Part shown: positions 1-8,244 of the stretch, one piece after another
Position numbering within the stretch: position 1 is the first letter of the stretch
Layout: the number at the start of each line of letters is the position of its first letter
The notes under the pieces: generated by a model
Database searches by the model: none
What the model saw: the letters and a program-made list of their open reading frames with translations, nothing else
What the model was told of the DNA's origin: nothing
Translations under genes and position numbers: made by a program
DNA from: a virus
Taxonomy: Duplodnaviria; Caudoviricetes
Strand: one strand, 5' to 3'
Length of the DNA stretch: 64,000 nt
IMG/VR virus record: IMGVR_UViG_3300048881_000780

Positions 1-122
1 CCATAAAGAAGGCCTGGTATAGTGAGAAGGTAACTAAGATTTTATCTTATGCGGGGATTAATGTACTTAAAGATTTTAAATCTAATGGGAAGAATTCTTG
101 GATCAACTCTCTTGAGAAATAA
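1..122 (+). CDS. 3' end of a gene entering the window; ends KNSWINSLEK (NxWL-type tail)
   Basis: Frame from nt 3 is open to TAA 120-122: IKKAWYSEKVTKILSYAGINVLKDFKSNGKNSWINSLEK. Confidence 0.65.
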   Translation, partial: IKKAWYSEKVTKILSYAGINVLKDFKSNGKNSWINSLEK

Positions 123-126
123 TATC

Positions 127-333
127 TTACTTTTCTAGTATTTCGTTAATATCTATCTTTATGGGATTTTCTACTTCCTGAATTCTTCTTGCCAATATTG
201 AGTTGTAAAATAGGTTTGCCGGATTATCAATATACTTAACTTGCCCTTCAAAGAGCCACTCACATTTTCTAACCTTGGATAGTAATTTCTTTACCCTCTC
301 GACCTTATTTTCTTTTGATTCTATATTTTTCAT
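127..333 (-). CDS. hypothetical protein
   Basis: 68 aa; coupled to upstream ORF. Confidence 0.55.
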   Translation of the reverse strand: MKNIESKENKVERVKKLLSKVRKCEWLFEGQVKYIDNPANLFYNSILARRIQEVENPIKIDINEILEK

Positions 334-515
334 TAGATATAACCTCTATATATTAAGTACGACCTCTTTGCTCCTGAAAACGATTCTTGTAAGTCTGGAG
401 AGTTACAAAAAAGTGGACAGAAATTTGGATGTGTCACTTTTTTAAACCAAACTTCATGTCTTAAGTAGTCATCAATCAGAAAGTAATATAGATACATGAG
501 GTATTTCATATACAT
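333..515 (-). CDS. hypothetical protein
   Basis: 60 aa within a minus-strand run. Confidence 0.35.
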   Translation of the reverse strand: MYMKYLMYLYYFLIDDYLRHEVWFKKVTHPNFCPLFCNSPDLQESFSGAKRSYLIYRGYI

Positions 516-524
516 ATTATAACT

Positions 525-1067
525 TTATTCACTATCTTTAACTTTCTTTAAAAGTTTTCTGGCCTTCTCAATAGTTGAAAAGTTGTACTCACAGATATAA
601 TTTCCATCGCCGCAACCACCATGCATTCTAATCATCTCACCATTTGGAAAAGTATCGTTTTTTTGATCGGTAAACATTTCAATGCATCTGATTAGCTCCA
701 AGATGGTTTGATCCTTTTTGGAATTAATATCTTCATTATTACCTAGATTATCAAGGGCGTACTCTAGGGCCTCAGTAAATCCGATTCCACCGTTATAGTA
801 CTTAACCTGGAATCGATACTTATTGTCGCCAATTTCAAAGATATTAAATACATCTAGATTTTCATCAGCTTCTTTCTTTAATATTTTCCAAAGCTCATTA
901 TTTAAAACTATGAATTCTTTATCTAGATCACATTGAACGAATTCAATATAATCATCGTGATAGTCCTCTTTTTTATATCCTAAAGATTTAATATAGTTAG
1001 CGATATCATCTTCTCCAATTATATTTAATTTTTTGATAATACCTTTATAGTGAACATCAGAACTCAC
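525..1067 (-). CDS. hypothetical phage-type protein
   Basis: 180 aa; AGGAG RBS; tight spacing. Confidence 0.7.
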   Translation of the reverse strand: MSSDVHYKGIIKKLNIIGEDDIANYIKSLGYKKEDYHDDYIEFVQCDLDKEFIVLNNELWKILKKEADENLDVFNIFEIGDNKYRFQVKYYNGGIGFTEALEYALDNLGNNEDINSKKDQTILELIRCIEMFTDQKNDTFPNGEMIRMHGGCGDGNYICEYNFSTIEKARKLLKKVKDSE

Positions 1068-1068
1068 A

Positions 1069-1965
1069 TTACTCTCCTTTTGAATGTTTTTTGATTACTT
1101 CATTAATAATTGTATTTTCTAGTAAGTCTCTCTTACTCTTAGATTCACAGGTACAAGAGTCGAGATCCTCTCCTACTTTCATTTTACAATCTGAGTCATG
1201 CCAATTCTTTTTAATGGACAGTACTCTATGGGCCTCAATTAGTAATTTTTCTAAATCGTAGATGATATCGTTTTTCTCTTGAGACTGATGACAAAATGTC
1301 GTCGCAGACTTTCTCTCTCTTTGATAATCTTCTCTTAGTTTAGTAATTTCTTGCTCTTTCTCATTGAGTTTAAATTTCATCTGTTGATGTTTATACATCC
1401 AGCCTTGCATAAATGGAGATCCATATTTTTCATGATTTCCATACTTAATATGCTTATCAGCAAACTCAAGCGCAGAAGTATCTTCAATTTCTTTGTACTT
1501 AGAGATATTACAAACACACTCTTTTGCTAGAGAACGATTACACCTTTTACAAATTGTTTCTTGAGATACCTTTATAACTTTATGATTATGTTTTCTAGAG
1601 GTATTAACTGTATTTTCTACATCTATATATTCACTACTTTCTATCTCTTCTTGTAAAGAGGAGAGTTTTTGTGATAGTTCTTCAATTTTGGATTTATCTT
1701 CAGAGCTTTCAAGACATGAGCGACATATACTATTGTCTACCCCAACACTACCACCACTAGATGGGTCAAATAGAGAGTCGCATGAATCGCAGGATGCTAG
1801 TTTATCGTAATCTTTTTCTAAATACTTCCATGCATAACGACTACCCTCTTCAAGTATTTTAGTTATAAGCTCTTTTGGTATTTTTGTTTCTCCTACTCTA
1901 AATAAGTCAATATCAATTGGCATATCTTGAGATTTAAACCACTCTTTAAAATTAGGTCTCTTCAT
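1069..1965 (-). CDS. hypothetical coiled-coil protein with Cys clusters
   Basis: ORF 1069..2013; likely start MKRPNF at 1965; CxxC pairs and coiled-coil segments. Confidence 0.65.
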   Translation of the reverse strand: MKRPNFKEWFKSQDMPIDIDLFRVGETKIPKELITKILEEGSRYAWKYLEKDYDKLASCDSCDSLFDPSSGGSVGVDNSICRSCLESSEDKSKIEELSQKLSSLQEEIESSEYIDVENTVNTSRKHNHKVIKVSQETICKRCNRSLAKECVCNISKYKEIEDTSALEFADKHIKYGNHEKYGSPFMQGWMYKHQQMKFKLNEKEQEITKLREDYQRERKSATTFCHQSQEKNDIIYDLEKLLIEAHRVLSIKKNWHDSDCKMKVGEDLDSCTCESKSKRDLLENTIINEVIKKHSKGE

Positions 1966-2194
1966 TGTTATCTCTTTGTGAGGCAAATCTTTGATCACCT
2001 TTTTTTGGTTCAATACTGAATTTAAGAGTTGTTATATCATAACCTCTAGCTTCTAATACTCTGGCCATATCTTCAGTAATGAATCCAGATAAAAATCCGG
2101 CATCGCTCTTAGTTTGACTCCCTAGCGGGAAGTGGTATGAGACGGTGTCATCCTTTTTACTCCAGGTCGCTCTTAATTTATCCTTTGCTTTCAT
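1952..2194 (-). CDS. hypothetical protein
   Basis: 80 aa; AGGAG RBS. Confidence 0.65.
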   Translation of the reverse strand: MKAKDKLRATWSKKDDTVSYHFPLGSQTKSDAGFLSGFITEDMARVLEARGYDITTLKFSIEPKKGDQRFASQRDNNEET

Positions 2195-2202
2195 TAATAC
2201 TC

Positions 2203-4353
2203 CTACTCAAAGAAATCTAAAAAATATGAATTACTTGTGTTAATTGTTAAATTACCCTTTTTGGATTTAAGGGTTTCTCCATTTAAAAGCTTCTTTAGAG
2301 ATGTTTTAGAAATAGGCCCAAACTTATTATGCTTCTTAAAAAGAGAAAACTTACAGCTTCCCTCCCAACTCTTCTTTTTTGGATCAAATTTACCAGTCTC
2401 TACACATCTATAAGTTTTAGGGCTTTCTATTATGCCACTTTGACAGATGGGACATTTAATATCCTTTAATTCAGGTTTAGATCCCTTACTCTTTATTTCG
2501 ATATGAGAGAGTTTAGTGCTGGAAATTTCTTTTAACTCTTTAATTGATAATTTTAAACTTTCAAAGTTTTTAGAAATAATATCTCTATGATCAATCTCAC
2601 CATTTAAGATTTCGGATAACTCTCTTTCCATTTGAGCTCTAGTAAGAGGGCTCTTTAATTGATTTGGGAGATATTTATTGATATTTCTAGCTTTAGTGGT
2701 TGAAACAAGAAACTTCTTATCATATTTTAGATAACCACCTTTAACGAGAGCTTCAAGAATGATGGCCCTTGTGGCAACTGTACCAAGTGACATCTTGGTT
2801 TGTTTGAGCTTTGAGAACTCCTCATTACTCATGCTTTCAGGGCGCTTCATTGAGCGATAAATATTTTCCATAGACTCTAGTAGAGTTGCATCTGTATACC
2901 TAGGTCTTGGTTTTGTCTCACCCGTCGCTATTTCAAATTTATCACTGATTAATAGATCACCTTTTTCAATTAAAGGTAGCTTTACTTCACTATCACTCTT
3001 TCTATTGACTTTATTATCAAAAGACTTCCAGCCATGATTAACGACTTCCACAATAGATGAGCTAAAGTTAACTCCTTTTAAATTCGTCTTTCCCACTATG
3101 GTCATCTTTTTTGATTCCTGATCTGGCATAAATTGCATCAGATATCTATTTAGAACCAATTTATAAATATTTTTCTCCTCTTCTGATCTAAAAGAGGCGG
3201 GAATTTCAGATGTAATTGATATGGCGGTATGACTGCTCTTTTCTAATTTCTTGTCATTGAATATGTCTCTTTTTAATAGTGGTCTGGGAAGTTGGTCCAC
3301 TATCTTAGAGAAGACTGATATTTTGCTAGCTAGGTTACTTAAGTACTCGTCGGCATTATCATACTCTGATTCTGAGAAGTAATTTGAATCCGTTCTTGGA
3401 TAAGAGAGGAATTTATTGTCATATAGAGATTGTGCGTACTCAAGAGCTTTCTTGGCCTTAATAGAGTGCTTCTTATTTGATTCTGATTGTAGAGAAGTTA
3501 ATGAATGTGGTTTCTTTGGTGGAGTTACTTTATCTTCAATTTTAACCTTTGACACGGTAAATTCTAATAGCTGATCTCGAATATCTTCAACTTCTTTCTT
3601 TGTTTCAAATTTATTTTCACCATCTTTATCAAATATAACAGAAATTAATTGGTCATCCTTTTTAAGAACTCCTTTTAATTGAAAGAACTCTCTTTTGTTA
3701 AAGTTCTCAAATTCGATATCTCTTTCAATAACTAATTGTACGGTAGGAGTTTTTACTCCTCCAATATGAGCAACATGGTTACTCTCATCTTGTAGGATTG
3801 GCCGTAAACTAACTGTGGCCTGAATGGTCATTTGAATAGATAACCAATCTAGCGTGGATCTAGTTAGACCCGCTAGATGCATTTCTTTATAGGGAATTTT
3901 ATTTTCAATATGAACCTCTTTTTCAAGACTTTTTAAGTCCATTTTGGTCATATTAATCATTCCTCTAACCAATTTCTCTTTTTTTAGCAACTTGAGCACA
4001 CTCATAACAAGGAGAACCCCCTCATTATCAGCATCACTAGCAATAACGATTTCATCACATCTTGAAACAGCTTCTTTTACATTTTGATAAATCTCTTTGG
4101 ACTTCTTATCTCTCTTACAAGATCTCTTTAATTCACTTTTGGGTAAAAAGGGGAATTTATCACTTTGAGCAATTTGATACCAAGGCGTTTTAAATACTTC
4201 CTTAACCTCTTTATAACCCTCTGGTCCCAAGGTTTCTGTGATATGACCTGAGAGCGCAACTATTTCATAATTTTCAAATTTTTGAGAAACGAGGGCCGAT
4301 TTCAAGTTCTTAACCTGTGACCCTTTTTCAGTAATATAGAGCGTTTTTTTCAT
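2203..4353 (-). CDS. topB: type IA DNA topoisomerase (Topo III-like)
   Basis: TOPRIM ITEK..SGH..ASDADNEG; catalytic SYPRTD; GTVATRA; C-terminal CPIC zinc ribbon typical of MGE Topo III. Confidence 0.9.
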   Translation of the reverse strand: MKKTLYITEKGSQVKNLKSALVSQKFENYEIVALSGHITETLGPEGYKEVKEVFKTPWYQIAQSDKFPFLPKSELKRSCKRDKKSKEIYQNVKEAVSRCDEIVIASDADNEGVLLVMSVLKLLKKEKLVRGMINMTKMDLKSLEKEVHIENKIPYKEMHLAGLTRSTLDWLSIQMTIQATVSLRPILQDESNHVAHIGGVKTPTVQLVIERDIEFENFNKREFFQLKGVLKKDDQLISVIFDKDGENKFETKKEVEDIRDQLLEFTVSKVKIEDKVTPPKKPHSLTSLQSESNKKHSIKAKKALEYAQSLYDNKFLSYPRTDSNYFSESEYDNADEYLSNLASKISVFSKIVDQLPRPLLKRDIFNDKKLEKSSHTAISITSEIPASFRSEEEKNIYKLVLNRYLMQFMPDQESKKMTIVGKTNLKGVNFSSSIVEVVNHGWKSFDNKVNRKSDSEVKLPLIEKGDLLISDKFEIATGETKPRPRYTDATLLESMENIYRSMKRPESMSNEEFSKLKQTKMSLGTVATRAIILEALVKGGYLKYDKKFLVSTTKARNINKYLPNQLKSPLTRAQMERELSEILNGEIDHRDIISKNFESLKLSIKELKEISSTKLSHIEIKSKGSKPELKDIKCPICQSGIIESPKTYRCVETGKFDPKKKSWEGSCKFSLFKKHNKFGPISKTSLKKLLNGETLKSKKGNLTINTSNSYFLDFFE

Positions 4354-4397
4354 ATCTTTATTATAAGTGTGATTTCAGAACTATATCAATTTATTTT

Positions 4398-4414
4398 TTA
4401 ACATCATGTGTTAA
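4398..4414. promoter_or_regulatory. TTRAC-N7-GTTAA operator
   Basis: TTAACATCATGTGTTAA between divergent topB and SWIB units. Confidence 0.7.
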
Positions 4415-4420
4415 TAAATC

Positions 4421-4449
4421 TTTACAGCCTCACTCTAAAGTGATAAAAT
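4421..4449 (+). promoter_or_regulatory. sigma70-type promoter
   Basis: TTTACA-N17-TAAAAT with TG extension. Confidence 0.55.
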
Positions 4450-4455
4450 ACAAGA

Positions 4456-4700
4456 GAAGAAAGGTTAATTTACTCTATGTGGGGTTCGATTCCTCTATTG
4501 GTATTACCAAAACTAGCGTTGGCGGTACGCGATTAGATAAAATTAAAAATGCAACACTATTCTTTGACGGACATAGTATCGATACTATGGCGAGAAATGG
4601 GAATTTCTGTAGGGATACTAAGAAGAAAAAGAGGCCTTAAAACTTATTCAACTGGTGGGGTGAGATATCGCACTCTGCCTTCTAGACACTCAGGGATTAT
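4456..4700 (+). ncRNA. candidate structured RNA / degenerate tRNA remnant
   Basis: T-arm-like GGGG-TTCGATT-CCTC, ACCA at 4506-4509, perfect 18-bp palindrome 4572-4589, further hairpins. Confidence 0.3.
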
Positions 4701-4702
4701 CC

Positions 4703-4984
4703 ATGTTAGACGTAAAGAAAAAGAATGAAAGACTAATTTTGACGCAAAAGCGTTTAACTCCAAACAAGAAACTTTCCTTATTAATTGGCAGTGATACAAG
4801 GACTAAGTCAAAGATAATGAAAGATGTCTTCAACTACATTAAAATTAACAAGCTTCATGACTCTCTTGATAGAAATTATATTATTACAGATAAGAAACTT
4901 AAATCTATCGTAAAGAAGAATAGGGTCTCTATTAGAAGTATTCACGTTCAAGTTTTTAAAAACACAACACAAGAAGGTATTTAG
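4703..4984 (+). CDS. SWIB/MDM2 domain protein
   Basis: L..LIG...T....K.V.NYIK.NKLHD..DR..I..D.KL SWIB pattern. Confidence 0.8.
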   Translation: MLDVKKKNERLILTQKRLTPNKKLSLLIGSDTRTKSKIMKDVFNYIKINKLHDSLDRNYIITDKKLKSIVKKNRVSIRSIHVQVFKNTTQEGI

Positions 4985-4985
4985 G

Positions 4986-5228
4986 ATGGGTTCTTTTGAT
5001 ACAGTAAATATTAAGTGTCCTTGGTGTGGCGAGACTCATGGTGAACAAATTAAATCTGGCCCTTGTGATTTTATAACTAGAGACTTAGAGAGTGCTCCTT
5101 CAGTATTAAAAGTAGGGGTATCTAATTACCCTATTGAGTGTGATAATTGTGGAGAAAAGTTTCAAGTAAAAGTTCAATCAATCGCGAGAGTATATAAGTG
5201 TAAAGCCGATGATGATTTGATGGATTAA
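4986..5228 (+). CDS. zinc-ribbon protein
   Basis: CPWCG ... CDNCG. Confidence 0.65.
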   Translation: MGSFDTVNIKCPWCGETHGEQIKSGPCDFITRDLESAPSVLKVGVSNYPIECDNCGEKFQVKVQSIARVYKCKADDDLMD

Positions 5229-5250
5229 TTTAGAATGTACGAGAAATCTA

Positions 5251-5685
5251 ATGAAAATAAAGATAAATTATAGCCCCAAAACAGATTACTTAGAGTTCTT
5301 CTTTAAGAATGAAAGTGGTTATTTTGAAGCTAGTGATTTATCCCCTGGTTCATATACGACCTTTATTGGTGACGATAGTAAAGAAGTCATAGGATACGGG
5401 ATTTATGACGCTGTTAAAATATTAAATACTCTAGATGATATTGATAGTCATATAAGATTCGCTGTATATTCATATTTAATTAAAAAGAAATATAGAATAT
5501 CACAAGAGGAATTCTTCCAATCAGTTAAAAGAGAATATACTTACTGTAGTAACCCACCTATTGAAGAGTTAAAAAAGGCCGTCTTAGTTGCTCCTTATAT
5601 ATACCTTTACAACCACCTTCTATTTTTCCATGGGAGTAAATCTGAGTTTGATGTTAATGATATGATTTTAAACTATAATAATTAA
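5251..5685 (+). CDS. DUF2283-like protein
   Basis: N-terminal Y.P.TD.L ... EVIGYGI.DA pattern resembles DUF2283. Confidence 0.45.
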   Translation: MKIKINYSPKTDYLEFFFKNESGYFEASDLSPGSYTTFIGDDSKEVIGYGIYDAVKILNTLDDIDSHIRFAVYSYLIKKKYRISQEEFFQSVKREYTYCSNPPIEELKKAVLVAPYIYLYNHLLFFHGSKSEFDVNDMILNYNN

Positions 5686-5703
5686 ATCGCTACTGGGTAA
5701 AAC

Positions 5704-6052
5704 ATGGAAGAAGTATTTGTTTTTAAATGTAAGAGTTGTCATGAAAGCTACACAGACAGTGCAATTGGTGAAGATTCTATGGAGTCTGAGTGTGTAAACT
5801 GTGGCCAGTGAAACTACTCTAGTGAAAAGGTTGATTAAAATGAGAAAGGTTAAGTACTTTAAAGATCGAGAAGAAATTTATGAAGATGGGAAATTAGTTA
5901 AAAGAATTAACTATACTCCAGAATTAATTAGAAAGAATGAGTCCATAGCGAACGGAACTTATAAGAAATCAAAGAAGAAGCGCTCATTTAAAAAGAAAGG
6001 CCTTAGAAGAAGTGGCGCCGTCGGATCGGGTGATGAGTTTGGAGTTGGATAA
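5704..6052 (+). pseudogene. FmdB-like zinc-ribbon gene with a +1 frameshift
   Basis: MEEVFVFKCKSCH...CVNCG joins SETTLVKRLI (ORF 5801) if one base of GGCC 5803-5806 is removed. Confidence 0.55.
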
Positions 6053-6053
6053 T

Positions 6054-6851
6054 TTAAGATAGATCCCTCTTTTTAAGCTCTTGAATAATCTCTCTATTTT
6101 GATCAATTATTATATTATTTTGCTTAACCACATAGTCGTTATTGTCCATAGTAAAAACATCAGTAATTGAGGCAACTAAAATTGCAACTCCAAATATTCC
6201 AAGTGTTAAAAGCTGAAAAGAGAACCACACAAGAGTTAAAAATGGATAGTTTGAACTCTCCATAATCTTTTCTGTTAACTCAAATCCCTCACCCATGATG
6301 AGCTTCTGAAGGGCCAAGATACTACTGGTCATATCTGAAAACTCTTCAATGTCACTATAATAAGTATTATTAATTAAACCAAATATTAAAAAGAGAAATG
6401 AGATTATTAGAATAATACCCATTGAAGTTTTTATAGCTTTGTATAGAGACTTCATTATGTGATCAAGATTTGGGATAAAACTAAGTATCCTAAGGAGCCT
6501 TATTAATCTAAATAATATAACAAAAGTTGGGCTATTTAATTCCTTTAAAAAGAAAGTAAATATTATAAAAGTCACTAGAGATACAACAACGATTGTAAAA
6601 TCAAATTTATTCCAGTGATCATCCCAGAACTTAGAAAACCCGTCTCTAAAACTACAACTGCAAGTCATATATTGCTTAACACTAAAAAAAATCTCTAGGC
6701 TAAATAGTCCAATAAAGAATGTCTCTAGAGTTATTAATTGTGAGTTATTTATGACCTGAAATCCATTTAAAATGACCAGAATACTATTAATGATAATTAA
6801 CCATATTATGGCAACTTCATTTAATAGAATCTTCTCCAATTTCTTTATCAT
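6054..6851 (-). CDS. voltage-gated-type ion channel (Ion_trans, BacNav-like)
   Basis: Six hydrophobic segments; WNKFDFTIV; S4 FRLIRLLRIL; pore helix with IMGEGF. Confidence 0.85.
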   Translation of the reverse strand: MIKKLEKILLNEVAIIWLIIINSILVILNGFQVINNSQLITLETFFIGLFSLEIFFSVKQYMTCSCSFRDGFSKFWDDHWNKFDFTIVVVSLVTFIIFTFFLKELNSPTFVILFRLIRLLRILSFIPNLDHIMKSLYKAIKTSMGIILIISFLFLIFGLINNTYYSDIEEFSDMTSSILALQKLIMGEGFELTEKIMESSNYPFLTLVWFSFQLLTLGIFGVAILVASITDVFTMDNNDYVVKQNNIIIDQNREIIQELKKRDLS

Positions 6852-6926
6852 GAATATATTTTAATTATATTTAAGCGTTAATTTATACCACTATGTTAAG
6901 TGATAAAATGTAAGTAGAGGTAATAC

Positions 6927-7958
6927 ATGAAAAAGTACAATTACGAAGAAGCTTACAATATTACACAAAAATATCGGGTTTTATATCGCTTTAAGGGTGA
7001 ATATAATGATTTACATAACTGGATATGCAAGAATGGTTTATCTCAAGAACTATATTCACATATGGATAGAACTGAATGGACTATCGAATCAGCTCAAAAA
7101 GAAATTAGTAAATTTAACAACAGAGATGAGTGTATTAAAAACTGTAGAAGTATTTTTAATTGGGCTTCCTTTACTAATAACAGGATAGAAGTGTTGTCCA
7201 TTTTAGATAAGGTTCGACCTGGTAAAAAATCTAAATGGACTCTAGAAAAGGTAAAAATTGAGGCAATGAAGTATGGTCGATCTATCGATTTTGTGAAAGG
7301 GAGCCCAAGTGCTTACAGATGGGCAGTGAGACAAAAATTAACAAAAGAACTTCAATATAATCCATCTATAAAAACGAAATCCTCTCGTTTTCAATGGAAC
7401 TTAGAGAAAGTAATAGAAGAAGCATCTAAGTATGAATACTGTAGAGATTTTTATTATTCATCTAGAGGAGCTTATTCTTGGGCATCAAAGAGAGGGTTAA
7501 TAAAAGAAATCACAAAAGACATGAAGAGGAAACCACATAAATACAATAATACAACTTTAGAAACTGTTTCTAGAGAAGTCAAAGAATTTAAAACAAGAAA
7601 GTCATTAAAAAAACATAGACCAGATTCTTATCATTGGTTAATTAAAAATAAACTTTTAGAGGAATTGTTACCATCTTCAGCAGAAGAGTGGAATATAGAA
7701 AAAATAATGAAAGAAATTGAGGGGATGTCTACTTTTTTAGAATTAAAAAAGAAATCTCCTTGTGCCTACCGATGGCTGTGTCGGAATAATAAATTGAAGA
7801 TTGTCTCGAATAGGTTTTATGACCTACGATACCAAAAAGTCAAAAAGGAAGCACTTAAATATAAGCAGAGGATTGAGTTCTACAAGGAATCAAACTCCGA
7901 ATATCAGTGGGCCCATAGAAATAATCTTCTAGATGAATTCTGTGATCATATGAAATAA
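6927..7958 (+). CDS. tandem-repeat protein (about 7 x 45-50 aa W..E...EA.KY...F....AY.WA)
   Basis: Internal repeats shared with 43531..44523; no nuclease motif seen. Confidence 0.75.
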   Translation: MKKYNYEEAYNITQKYRVLYRFKGEYNDLHNWICKNGLSQELYSHMDRTEWTIESAQKEISKFNNRDECIKNCRSIFNWASFTNNRIEVLSILDKVRPGKKSKWTLEKVKIEAMKYGRSIDFVKGSPSAYRWAVRQKLTKELQYNPSIKTKSSRFQWNLEKVIEEASKYEYCRDFYYSSRGAYSWASKRGLIKEITKDMKRKPHKYNNTTLETVSREVKEFKTRKSLKKHRPDSYHWLIKNKLLEELLPSSAEEWNIEKIMKEIEGMSTFLELKKKSPCAYRWLCRNNKLKIVSNRFYDLRYQKVKKEALKYKQRIEFYKESNSEYQWAHRNNLLDEFCDHMK

Positions 7959-7959
7959 A

Positions 7960-8142
7960 TTATTTACTCTGTATTTTCTCTAAAATATGTTTTGGCACTA
8001 TCAATTTTATATAAGAAATCTTTTCCTCTAGATTCTTTATGGCATTATTAATCAAGTCTTGATCATTCTCTATCGTGGAAACGCCACCCCTATATGTCCA
8101 CTCTAATTTCTTAATATCTTTCTTCTTCATTATACTGTCCAT
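7960..8142 (-). CDS. hypothetical protein
   Basis: 60 aa ORF. Confidence 0.45.
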   Translation of the reverse strand: MDSIMKKKDIKKLEWTYRGGVSTIENDQDLINNAIKNLEEKISYIKLIVPKHILEKIQSK

Positions 8143-8143
8143 A

Positions 8144-8227
8144 TAGCGAGCGTCAGAGTTGAACTGAAATACAGAACTTTCTGTCCTCGGGCCTTATTTC
8201 CTTATGGAATAAAAATACCCTCTCGCC
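8144..8227 (-). ncRNA. atypical tRNA-like RNA
   Basis: GGCGAG/CTCGCT acceptor stem, TCAG-TTCAACT-CTGA T-arm, two internal hairpins; no canonical D-arm or encoded CCA. Confidence 0.5.
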
Positions 8228-8244
8228 CATTAATTATAAAACTT

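Noticed and set aside
4456-4640. Permuted (two-piece) tmRNA
   Set aside because: T-arm, ACCA and an AAAAAT-GCA context are present, but there is no GGGG..GAC 5' piece, no G-U alanine acceptor and no Ala-ending tag.
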